64,000 nt of DNA from Lama guanicoe (taxonomy: Eukaryota). The notes below the pieces were generated by a model, which worked only from the letters and a program-made list of their open reading frames with translations, was not told where the DNA came from and made no database searches. The translations under genes were made by a program, and so were the position numbers. Position 1 is the first letter of the stretch, and each line of letters opens with the position of its first letter. Location: assembly GCA_013239625.1 (NCBI GenBank), contig MU054323.1:3088161-3152160 (forward strand). Reading direction: 5' to 3'. Below are positions 24,566-36,093 of this stretch, in pieces.

Positions 24566-25431
24566 GAGAGCTGCCACCCTCCCTGGGGGCTATCAGGGCC
24601 CGCTGTTTGCACAGGTCTTTCCTCATTTAACTCAGTCTGCTCTGTAGGTGTTTGTTGTTACATCTTGCCCTGTTGTTAGAGTGGAAGCTTCTGGAGGGTA
24701 AGAGCCACATGTGATTCTGCTCTAGGAACCTGCCAGAAAATAGAATAATATCCCTCCTATACGATTTTTTATACAAAGAGCCCTCAAGAAAAGAGAAATA
24801 CTTCTCGAAGGACTGACCAAGGACATGCACTCATGCTGGAGATTCTGCAAAGCTCAGGCTGGACTAGGCCAGGTAATCAAGAGCTACTTATCCAGGCTGC
24901 TTTCTTGACCATCACGTTTCCCATCAACTCCTATTGTTTTCCTGAATTGAAGCACTGTCATTACGTCCTCTGCTTGCACTGAGACCGAGATTAAAAAGAG
25001 CTGTGGGAAACACTCTTATTTACGGGTGGAAAGTTGTCTAATATTTGATAGACTGTCCCATTTCTATGTAAAGTTTTTCCCAAGCATCTTATAGGTACTG
25101 TTATATATATAACATCATATAATACAGATATATGTCAAACGCTGTAAACACTGTTTGTGGCTATATTATGCATGCTGTTACTGGTCAGATTTCCCTATTT
25201 ACCCTGGCTGATACGATCACAGACTACATGTCCACTCACCAGTAGGAAATACACAGGAATGTATTTTGAGGACTGATTTCCCTCTGCCTTTATTTTTATA
25301 GCCCTATTTTCCCTTTACTCAATCCCTACCTTTTTATGTTATCCTGCTCTTTATAAACTGCCCTAAGTCCTTTTAGAACAAATGGAGGTATAAATTAATT
25401 GAGCAATAGATTAATTTATTTCATAGCTTTA

Positions 25432-25852
25432 GCAATTAAGGTAGGTTAAGTTTTGCCACAATAATAAATAACCCCAAAATATCAGTGGCTTAACACCACA
25501 AAGATCTATGCACACAAATGTGTGTGTGTGTTTATTCCTCACACTTCATCATTTATTTCTCACCCAGCATCACTACAAGCTGTGCTCCAGGCCTTCATCA
25601 TTCAGAGCTGCAACCTGACAGGAGCTGACAGAAGCTCCTCCTTGGCATGAGCTGCCATGACAATGGCAGCAGGAGAAAGAAGATAAATCATGGACTGGGT
25701 CTTAGCAACATCAAGCACCACTTCTGCTCACATTTCATTGGCCAAAATAAGTCACACAGTCATGACTAATTACAAAAAGAGCAGGGACACACAAAACAAC
25801 CATCAGCCTAAAAGGTGGAAAATCAGAATATTTGTGACTTGTGCTAATGGCA
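25432..25852 (-). mobile_element. Old MLT1 (MaLR) LTR, MLT1J/K-like
   Basis: AATAACCCCAAAATATCAGTGGCTTAACACCACAAAG and CACTTCTGCTCACATTTCATTGGCCAAAATAAGTCACA are MLT1 hallmarks. Confidence 0.75.
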
Positions 25853-25859
25853 AATGTAA

Positions 25860-28341
25860 TAGCAATGTGCTGTCCAAATTGAGACAAATTTGAGAGTGAC
25901 AGAAAAAACTAAAAATAATAAAAGTTATGCAATTTTTCAATATTTATGTATTAGCAAATTGATCTGGTTTGATTGGTGGACCACAAAATTGTTCTACACA
26001 AAAAAACTCATCTCAAAAATAAAATGTTTTCCAAAACTATAATATATATATTTATAGCTGTATACATCAAATTTTAAAAATCTTCTTTATGTTGATAACC
26101 TGAACTTTAAAAAATAACATCAGCAAAATAATTTATTCTTGATCCATATTCACACAATTTAATCAGTTTCTTAGACATATCACTCTTTAATATTGTATTA
26201 CTGAATTTTTCTGAAGAACGTAATTTTTCAATATGATCTTATCATTTTAGATTTTTTCCATAAAATTGCTTGCAGTTTTCTTCAGCGTTGCATGATATGA
26301 GTAATAAATTTGAGGTTACTGACTCTTTCAATTGACCCTTCTGTGTAGACCACAATTTTTTAATTGAGACAACGTTCTGCCTCCTGGTGCTGAGATATCT
26401 GGTGAGCTTGGAGAAAATTTGGCTAAATAGAAGCTATTGTCAATTTCAATTATTTTTCACATTGAAAAGAGTAAATATTTCACTTCAAATAATTTCACAG
26501 ATGCTTTCCTTTTGCCTCAGAGTAGTTTTCCTTGACAAAACATGTCAAATAAGTTGTCTCTATTTATGATTCTTTTGAATGGCTCACCACTTAGATGCTG
26601 CAAAATCATAGGTCTGCTCAATTTCGTTCCATTGCAGAGCAGAATATAAATTCACTTCATTACCATATGAGCACCATCACAAGACTCTTTCCTAAACCAA
26701 GATATCCCAGACCCTCTTATAAAATTTGCATATTAACTGCTGCACATCATTTAAGCGCTCATTGTTTCATTTTTTTCATCTCCTCCTTTGCTTTCCTAGA
26801 AATGTCTCTCTTGCTTTGGTAGCGATAAAGCATGCAGGTTTTGTTTTCAATCACTGCAATTCACTGAAAGATTGAAAACCTGATGTTGTAGGGTGAACCC
26901 TTCGTTTAATTTTGATTAAATATTTCCAGCTGGTGTTGAACAAAATGAACCAAAACTTAGAGAGTTTGTTTACACAAAACCTGAACAACATTTTAGGACC
27001 TTTAACTTGGTTCACAACATAGTTCTTTAAAAGTTCAAAGATTCCTAAAATCTGATTAATGATAGGCAGCAAAAGGAGAAAGTCTATATCGCCATGATGA
27101 AGTATTTTGTACTCAAAATCAGTTTTGTCACGAAATGCTTGTAGTTCAGTTTTTCTAAGCGTGTATAAAATTATTTCACTTTTTACAACTGCAGCTTGTG
27201 ATTCAGTTGATAGAGCAACGCAATTAATAATTATGTGTACAGCCAAGCACTCCAAGAACATTCCTGGTCTATAAATGTCTTAGTTTAGTAAGAATATTAT
27301 TTGTTTCTACAACACTCAATTCCACCAAAATTTGTATTTTTATTATCAGTGCAAAAAAAAAATTCAGCGTTCAACTTCTTGACAAATTCAATTGGATTCA
27401 TTTCAGCTATTTCATCTTTGACAGAATTAACTTCTAAAATCTTTACTTTGATTCCATAAATTGGGTGAAAAATTGAACTAGTATTAAAATTAACTTAGTG
27501 AGCATTCTGTTTGAAGCATCTGGCAACATTGATACAATGCTGGCTTCATACAACTCTTGGAGAAGTTAATCTTCTGCTGATAGAGCCAACACATCCACTA
27601 CCATCACTTCACTTTCCATCCATGCCCAGGAAAACTTGGAGTTGAGAATGAGTGGAATTAACTTAGTAGAACAGTCATTTGGTCTAAATGAGTCATAAAA
27701 TGACATGTAAACACACCTTTTGTAGTTATTAATCATCATTACCTTTGGGCACAGACTTAACTACAAACTTTTGAGGCTGATACCTCTTCAACGGGCACAT
27801 TTGTGTCTTCTAGTTTCCATGGAGCTAGTGGTGTAATTACCCCTGTGGTATCAACAAACACTTTTTGCAAGTTACTCATTAATCATTAACTTTCCTGAAA
27901 GAAAAATAATCATACTTAATTTTGTATTAAATATGTATTTAGAGCTTTTGAACTCAGTGCTACAGAGAGTATGTTACCAAAAAAAGTTTTCTTAAGCATT
28001 ACCAAACCAACAGAGCAGTTAATCATTGAAACCAAAAATAAATGACAAAACCTTTCTAGAAAGAGTATCCAGATTTCTTTTTATTCATTCTACAGCAGAC
28101 TTTGCAGCCTCTATCTTCCACAAATGCTTCATATAATTTAACATATAATTTCCCCCATTTTCCAGTGGCCCCACTGATCTGTGGCCTGGCTGTCTTTCTG
28201 CACATCTTGCAGGTGGAGGTACTTGCCATAGCATAACTGGATGGTATACCAGATGAATTTCTCCCATCACTACTCAAGACCTGGAGCCCCATCATGCTGT
28301 GTTATTTATCAGGAAGCAAGGGTATCCGGCACGCTGCCCTT
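25860..28341 (-). mobile_element. hAT DNA transposon fossil (Blackjack-like) with near-complete decayed transposase
   Basis: Minus-strand segments SFRPNDCSTKLI, IVSMLPDASNR (first catalytic D), CTDNKNTNFGG (second D), CLAVHIIINC (CxxH-like), HHGDIDFLLLLP, SAPGGRTLSQL (E position); left end TGTCCAAATTGAGACAAATTTGAGAGTGA resembles the Blackjack/MER94 subterminal sequence; right end uncertain. Confidence 0.85.
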
Positions 28342-28419
28342 AAAAGGTGGATGTTGCTTATGTTCTGTCTGAAAAGGGAGCTAGATAAATACAAGTTTGC
28401 TACAGCAAGGGGCCTACGT

Positions 28420-28850
28420 TTTCTATGAAGTCATACATTATTAACTCTAATTATAAAGCAATAAGCTAAAGATGTATATTGTGTTCCCTAGAGAAACCAC
28501 TAAAATAATAATGCAAAGTGTTACAATAATAGCTAAGATTTCAATAGGAAATCAAAATGGAACACTAACGTATATTCAATTAACCCAAAACAAGGAAAAA
28601 ATAGAAGAAAAGTGGAATTTAAAACAGATGTGACGAATACAAAACAAATGGCAAAATGACATACCTGAATCCAACTATATCAATAATTACTCTGAACACC
28701 AGTGTATTAAACACTACAATTTAAAGGTCCAGACAGAGTGGATTTTTTAAGTCTCAGTGATGTGCTATCTTCAGGAGATAAATTTAAAACAACTTATTTG
28801 TAAATAGTTGAAATTAAAAGAAAAGAAAAAGACAAACTGTGCAAACACAT
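28420..28850 (+). mobile_element. Old L1 fragment (inter-ORF region and ORF2 endonuclease start)
   Basis: ATAATTACTCTGAACACCAGTGTATTAAACACTACAATTTAAAGG...TGCTATCTTCAGGAG, compare IITLNVNGLN.PIKR...C.LQE. Confidence 0.7.
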
Positions 28851-29199
28851 ATTATAAGGTCCCCTAAAACCACTGTATTTCCAAAACCACAGGGCTAAAA
28901 CATAGGAGACACACTTGGTACTTGCTCCCACAATGAATGAACTAGGTCAAGGGCCAGCGTTTCCTCACCCCACTCACCCCTCTCAGGACTTCACTTTCCA
29001 CAGGTACATCAAAGCCCAGCACCGCCCAGCATCCCCTTTGTCCCTGGATCTCTGAGAACCTACTTTAGAGACACCACTTTTCCTAAAAAATGCCTCTAAC
29101 TGGCTGCTCTCTGGACCACAGCATCCTGGGATGGTTTTGTCAGTCAACGGAAGTGCCCACATAGGAGTAAGTTCCACCTAGAAGAGTGGTTACATAATT

Positions 29200-29950
29200 G
29201 AGGTGGTTTGGCTTGTTTTATTTTTTTCACTCAAAAGTGTATCATGAATATCTTTTTTTCCAACTGATTTGAAGGTACTTTATCATTTTATAAAGACCAC
29301 ATAGTTTTCGTCTGTAGTATGACCCATACTTCAGTTAAGTGGCCCCTTAATAATGGACATTAGAGGTTTTTCCAGTTTTCCATTAATCAGAAATTAATGA
29401 ATATACCAGTGCATCCTAATGCAACTTTTCCCATGTGAACAGCTCCTTCTTATGGTAAATTTTTCAAAGTAGGATTGCTGGATCAAAGGATATGGGCATT
29501 TTATGTTCTGAAACTTGTCAAGCTGCCTTACAAACAGGTTGTACTAATTTATACTCTTCTGAATGAAACATTTCTCAAAACTTTAACTAAAACTTACTAT
29601 TTTTCACCCAATTTATTTACCTTCACTAATAGGCAAAACATGATATCTCAATTATGAATTAGGATTTTTTCATCATTAACAAGTTTGAACATCTTTTTAT
29701 ATGTTGACCACTTTATTTCTTCTTTTTGTAAATTGCCTATTCAGTCTATTTGCCCATTTGTCTATGTGGGTTGTTTTTCTTTCTTCTTTTGCTTTTTAAG
29801 TGTGTTGTAAACATCGGGCTTATTAACCCTACTGGAAATGCTGCAAACATCTTTCCTGGTTTGTCATCTGGCTTTAAATCCTAATCTGATTTTCACAAGG
29901 CAGATGCTTTTTAGTTTTGTTAAATAAAAGATACATGTTACATTTTGTGA
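29200..29950 (-). mobile_element. Old L1 (L1ME-like) fragment
   Basis: AAGTAGGATTGCTGGATCAAAGGATATG...GTTGTACTAATTTATACTC...TTGAACATCTTTTTATATG reverse L1 ORF2 3' region. Confidence 0.7.
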
Positions 29951-30899
29951 TTGTGATTCTGATATCCATATACTCCTAAATAGCCCACAGATAATGCAAC
30001 CTTCCCTCCAGGAGCAATGATCTAAGCTCTGGGGACAATAAGACACTGATTACATATCTTATGTGACACTGTGCCTTTGCCTCTATACTTTTCCCTTCCC
30101 AATCTCTTCCCCTTGACTCCCAAAGCTCTCACTGAGGCACAGTGGGAGCCATCTGCATGATCGCCCCCTTCCAAGGCTCCTGCTTTTTAAGGGTGATGTA
30201 CATTCAAAAGTTTAGTCTTGGCACTGGAACCCAGCCCTTTGCCTTTGTGTATATGTTTGAATAATCCTTAGGAACCACCAAACACTCAGCATGTTTGGCC
30301 CATGTTGGATGGCAAATCCATTGAAGTGCCTCTCTGGTTGATAGTGGAGTTGCTCTGTCCCATCCCCCAAAGAGAGAAAAGACAGGAAGACAGAGAGTCA
30401 GATCTGCAAGGGGAAAGCCCACAGCGGAGCTCTGCAGCTCAAGGTCTTGCCCCAGCCTCCTTGTCACGACTGTGGTTGCAATGGAGGTTGTCATCTGTGG
30501 ACAGGCCCAGCCTTCTGTCGACAAAGCCCAGTTGTTGCCAAACCTCAAAGGCCTCCAAGTGCACCGTGGCAAGAGTCTGCTCAAAGAGATGACTTCACCA
30601 GCACAGGGGAGAGCCAAGAGCTGAAATACTCTTGTCTTCTGCTGTTTATTTTAAAATCATGATTATGTGTTCCCTCTTCTTTCAGGGACATCAAACATGT
30701 AGGAACATTGTACAGGGACTTCTGGGGGGCCTGGCCACTGGCAAGAGCACAGAGAAGATACCACGCAGGTGCAGGGAACAGTGTATTCATGGCAGATGTT
30801 CAAAGGGCTGACCACACTTGGCTAGACTTATTATTCAATGTGTCTAATCCCAAGGCTGTGGTCATCTGAGAACTGTCGTGGGGCACATGGTTCTCCATC

Positions 30900-32160
30900 C
30901 CTAAGAACTGTACTTCCCCTGCTGCATCCTCCAGAGGATGCTGCTTATCTTCAAGATCAAGAGGTGAAGCTGACATCTTCCTTGATCTCCAGCTCTTGCA
31001 AAGCAATGTTTCTTCACTCTGCAAATCCCAGCTCTTTGAAGGCTTATGCCTTCAAGCAATATACTCACTACCACTCCCTACCACTGTTCATTCATCAAAA
31101 ACTTCAGCATCAGGTGAATAATTATCTCCACCAACCAAAGTCCCTAGGTGACCTCAACATCTGCACCCAGCACCTGGGTTTCTAACTTCCTTGACCTTCC
31201 AATCAACAGTGACCTGTACCTCCACTCCACCTTAATCATCATTCCTGTTATTACACTGTAGAACTTGTCTTCATCCATACTCCTTCAACTCTGAAATCTT
31301 GAATTCAGTCACCCTGACTTCTGACCACAATCTTGAATTCTTTCAGCTCATTCATTTGTATGCACTACTGTTATACCAACATGCTCCTCCTACTGTATGC
31401 ATTCTTCAGCCATGTAGATAACTTCTGCCCTCATTTCTTTGACTTTCCCCCTCTCTCTCTCTTCCTTCTACTCTTCACTTCCTTCCCTGATCACCTGAAA
31501 TTTCATAGTTTAATACCAAAATCCCGCTCTTGCCAATATCCTCAAATCAAACCCTTGTACCTTTGATGTTTCACCACATTCACCCAACAAAACTGCAACC
31601 TTGGATCCTTTTTGACTGATTAATTTCCTGAGCCTAACTCTGGGCAGCTGAACCCTACAGAAGAAATTAACTCAACCCTAGGTTTGGAGTCACTGTAAGT
31701 GTCTGGCCACCAACTAACCCAATACTGTTCTCATTTTCCCAGAGAGCTGGCTCAAATCTTCTCCACTCTCAAACCTCCGACTCTGCCCCGATGCTCTTTC
31801 ACCTCTTGCTCCAGGGAGATGACCTCATGCCCTCACTGGACAGGAATTTTGCCAGATGCTTGCCACCAACTGTCCCCTCTGCCTCCTTCCCTTCTCCCGC
31901 TCACGCAAATGGGAGATTTCCTTCTTGCCCAAGGCTAAGGCTCCCACTTATTCTTCCTCCTGTCTCCTTCTTCCTTAGAAGTCTTGTTATTATCTACTCC
32001 CTCTCTTGTCTCCAACTCCTCTGTCTTGCTATTGATTCTTTAGCATCGGTACTTAAACATGCTCAAATGTGCCTGACTTTACACAAAGATAAAATAACTT
32101 TCCTCAGCCCCAGGTACCACCCCAACCCTTCTCATTCTTTTCCCCAGTCATAGTCAGACA
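30900..32160 (+). mobile_element. LINE-2 ORF2 fragment (5' part of an interrupted element)
   Basis: CTAGGTGACCTCAACATC (LGDLNI, compare the endonuclease GDFN motif) in C/T-rich L2-like sequence. Confidence 0.7.
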
Positions 32161-32164
32161 GGTT

Positions 32165-33170
32165 TAACCTTTTTGTTGAAAAATAAAACACAGATGTGGA
32201 AAATCAATGTACATACATAATGTAATGAATTATTACAAAGTAAATAATTTTGTCAAGATGTTCAAGAAATGGTATTTTTCTAGCCACCCCAGAAGCCATG
32301 CGGTTGCTCCATCTCCGTCGTATTTCCACTTTCCCAAAAAGTAATCACTTTATTGTGTGTTTTTAGAGTTGTATCACCAAAGTTGTGTCCCTAGACACTG
32401 TAGTTTAGTTGTGATATATCTTTTAAGTACCTATTATCTATCTACATGTTTCTCCTTGATCCCTTTTTCTTTGGTCATTTGACCTGCAGCGTTTCCCAGT
32501 CTGGATTTTGCTGATTGCATACTCTAGGTGAAGTTCAGCACATTCCTGTCTTCTGTTTTCCTGTACATTGGCCCCTGGATCTGGAGGCTCAATCAGGCTC
32601 AGGCCTGACCCTTATTTCAAGACTATAGGTGGTGGCGTTTCTTTCATCAGTAAGTGTTTAGTGTCTGGTTGTCTTTCTTTTTAAATGTTAGCAGTCATTG
32701 ATGCTCATGGTCTAGACCCTAATTCTATCATTTCCTTTTGTAGCTGGAATTCTGTAAAAGATGTATCTCCTCTCTTATAGCTTGGTTACATGGTGGTATA
32801 GTTAAGAGGGAAAAGACAGGATAAATGTTTGATTCTTTCCTTATCTTTACCCAGTTCTTAAGATAATAAATGTGTTCCCTAACATCCTCCCAAGGTGACA
32901 AGTAGTTTGGGGGTTTCTTTTAAGCATTATTACGAAGTCATGGATTCCTATGTTTTACCAGTAGGAGCCTCTTCAGATTGGCCCCTGGGTGCCTTTGACA
33001 CAGCCCTAGCAGTCACTGATAGCACCCTTGCTATCTGGTATGACAAGATGTTCCAGGCTCATCTTTTATATTTTCTTCCCAGACCCAGAATTAGCCATTT
33101 ATCCGAAAAGCCTTGATTTGTTTTAATAGAAAATGGTTTTTCAAGATCATGATCTTGGTGATAGGGATGC
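32165..33170 (-). mobile_element. L1MC/MD-like 3' UTR nested in the L2
   Basis: AAGATGTTCCAGGCTCATCTT...CCCAGACCCAGAATTAGCCATTT and TCTGGATTTTGCTGATTGCAT are typical of these 3' UTRs. Confidence 0.72.
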
Positions 33171-33179
33171 TCATGGATA

Positions 33180-33920
33180 GACTTCTTAAGAGGCTTATCC
33201 TCACTCTTCCATTCCCCTTACCCTTAGCCCACCACACCTAATTTCTGCCACCACCCCTTTCTCAAAAATATTCTTACCAGAGTCTTTATTCGCAACTGAC
33301 AGAATTGACCACTCCCTTCTTCTTGAAATACTCAGTAACACTCCATGGCTGAAATTATTAATTTCTTTGTTGATAATTCTCAAATCTCTCATCAAGATCT
33401 CTGTCCAGAATATAAAGCTAAACTATCCAACTCTTCGCTTGGATGTCCCACCCAAAGAGTCCAGATACACATCATGTCCCCGTTTCCCTGCTGTGATGCT
33501 TTCTATCTCAGCGATTAGTGTCTGCATCTATCTAGTTGCCTGAATCACAACCAGGTATTCGTTCACCTTTTTTTGAGAGAGAGGCTTGAGCTTTTGCATT
33601 TATTTATTTATTGGGCATTCGCCTTTGACTCATTCATTTTTCTCCATCTCTAACCCAAACAAAAATTGAAACTGACTCAGTCCATGCCCCCACCTAACTG
33701 TCCAGCATCTGTCCACCTCTCTCCACCAACACTACCCTTACCCCAGCTCATGCTGCCATCGTCCAGCTGCATCTAAGCAACAGCCTCCTACCTGATCTCT
33801 TGCCTCTGGTGTGGCCCCTCCAGTCCATTCCCAATCTTTCTAAAACACACACTGGATCATGTCATTCTACTGCTTAAATGTCTTCACATCAGTCTTGGAA
33901 TAAAGTCCAAATTTTTTCTT
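33180..33920 (+). mobile_element. LINE-2 fragment (3' continuation)
   Basis: GACCACTCCCTTCTTCTTGAAATACTC (DHSLLLEIL, RT region) and AATCTTTCTAAAACACACACTGGATCATGTCATTCTACTGCTTAAA. Confidence 0.7.
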
Positions 33921-33984
33921 AAGGTGTTTGTTACAAGACTTCTGCTCTTTTCAGAGAAGTGGGCTGATAAGTTTCCTTTTTGCT

Positions 33985-34475
33985 TAAGGTAGTTTGGGTT
34001 GTGATTTCTGGCCCTGGAAAGCAAGAGTCAGATGGATATAATCCCATGATGGCTCAACCCATCTCAGGTCTCACCAGTTCATGGCAGACATCTGGTCACA
34101 TCAACAATAGTACGATGGCTCTTAGCTTCCATCTACTGCACAGGGACTCAGCACCGCCCTCCCTCCCAAGGCTCCCTCAGTTATTTCATGGTAGGGATTT
34201 TCCCCAATGGGTGCCTCACACATGTTCAGGAACAATTCTGTTCACGTCCTTTTATAACACACTCTTGTTGAATGACTGTGGCCAGAAGGGTGAGATAAAT
34301 TGATTGACCCCACTATAATCATGGGCAGAGATGAGAGGAGAGTGAGTATGGCTGGCAGCCTCCACTAAGATCACTCAATTAACATGGAGGAGAGGCCACC
34401 CTGTAGAGAAGGGAGAATGATTATCAGAAGAACAGGGGAAGGAGAGATGGGCAGACAAGACAATGGGGCCCACCA
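33985..34475 (-). mobile_element. Degenerate MLT1-like LTR
   Basis: Ends GGAGAGATGGGCAGACAAGACAATGGGGCCCACCA, like reversed old MLT1 5' ends; highly diverged. Confidence 0.45.
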
Positions 34476-35098
34476 AGAATAAGGAGGACCATCATCACCA
34501 ACTGATGACAAAATGAAGGCCTAGGAAAGGGAAGTGATGTGCCCATGGTCACTGGGGGAGGAAGTTGCAGGGTTCAAACTTGAGCTCCGGGATCCAAGGT
34601 GTTTCTGCTCACCCACTTCCTTTGCAGGAAAGCTGGGCACAATTTAGAAAGAGCCAGGAATGTTCATGAATTCACAGGCTGGTTCTTTCCAATCCACTGT
34701 CAAGTCTGAGCACACGCCTAAATAGTGGGGCAAAGGCATGATCTGTTTAACTGCCCAACATCCCCACAATGTGAACACCAGGCTCCCAGGCTCCCCATGA
34801 CGTAAACTGTCACAGAACAGACACCCAGACCACTGCAGCCTTCCTCAACTCAGAAAGTGGCCATTTTATGGATTTGAAATAAGGCCCTTTTGCCCCAAGC
34901 TTGATCCAAGCACTTTCTGACTCACACCCACTTCAGCCATGCCTATGACTCTAAGATCCTGCAATTCCCTCATGTTTTACTGAGAAAATTCCCCTGGTTG
35001 TTTAGACTTTTTCTCTCTCCATCATCTCAGAATTCCCTGTCCCATTTCTATACTCCAAAAGCCTTTTTCTCACTTCTTTATCTAATATTTTTCTTCTT

Positions 35099-36093
35099 AA
35101 CATACTCAGTATCACTAATTATCAGAGAAATGCAAATCAAAACAACACGGAAATATCACCTCACACTAGTCAGAATGGCCATCATTAAAAAGTTCACAAA
35201 TGATAAACACTAAGAGAGGGTGTGGAGAAAAGGGAACCCTCCTACACTGCTGGTGGGAATGTAGTTTGGTGAAGCCATTACAGAAAGCATGAAAAACAAA
35301 AAACATAGTTTTTTTGAAGAGATTCCTCAAAAAACTAAAAATAAACTTACCATATGATCCAGCAATCCCACTCCTGGGCATATATCTGGAGGAAATGCTG
35401 ATTCAGAAAGACACATGCACTTCAATGTTCATAGCAGCACTATTTACAATAGCCAAGACATGGAAACAACCTAAATGCCCACTGACAGATGACTGGATAA
35501 AGAAGTTGTGGTATATTTATACAATGGAATATTACTCAGCCATAAAAAAGAATAAAATATGCCATTGGCAGCAACATGGATGGACCTGGAGATTATCATT
35601 CTAAGTGATGTAAGACAGAAAGAGAAAGACAAATATCATATGATATCACTTATACGTGGAATCTTAAAAAAAAAAAGACACCAAATGAAACAGACTCCCA
35701 GACATAGAAAACAAACTTATAGTTGAAAGGGAAAAGGAGTGGGAAGGGATAAACTATATCACACTTATGTGGAATCTTAAAAAAAAAAAAAGACACCAAA
35801 TGAAACAGACTCCCAGACATAGAAAACAAACTTATAGTTGAAAGGGAAAAGGAGTGGGAAGGGATAAACTTGGAATTGAGATTTACAGATACTATTATAT
35901 ATAAAACAGATAAATGCCAAGTTTATACTGTATAGCACAGGGAACTATATTCAATATCTTGTGGTAACCTATAATGAAAAAGAATATATGTATGTATATA
36001 TCTGACTGAAACATTATGCTGTACACCAGAAACTGACACAACATTGTAAACTGACTATACTTCAATATTAAAAATGGAAAAAAAGGAAAAAAA
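35099..36093 (+). mobile_element. Young 5'-truncated LINE-1 (ORF2 C-terminus, 3' UTR, poly-A)
   Basis: [59 protein letters not shown]-rich tail; TSD core ATTTTTCTTCTT at 35087-35098 and 36097-36108. Confidence 0.96.
35643..35870 (+). repeat. ~114-bp tandem duplication inside the L1 3' region
   Basis: Units 35643-35755 and 35756-35870 both read ATATCAC...GGAATCTT(A)nGACACCAAATGAAACAGACTCCC...GGGAAGGGATAAACT. Confidence 0.95.

Noticed and set aside
26851..27261. 136-aa ORF as a functional gene
   Set aside because: It is an open stretch of the decayed hAT transposase, flanked by stops and frameshifts
28056..28295. Possible processed pseudogene fragment
   Set aside because: No parent protein recognised in any frame and no clear poly-A/TSD; more likely the 5' part of the hAT element
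30921..30944. Hairpin GCATCCTC-CA-GAGGATGC
   Set aside because: Too short for a pre-miRNA and lies at the edge of L2-derived sequence; compatible with chance
35314..35604. 96-aa ORF
   Set aside because: L1 ORF2 C-terminal remnant in a 5'-truncated, frameshifted copy
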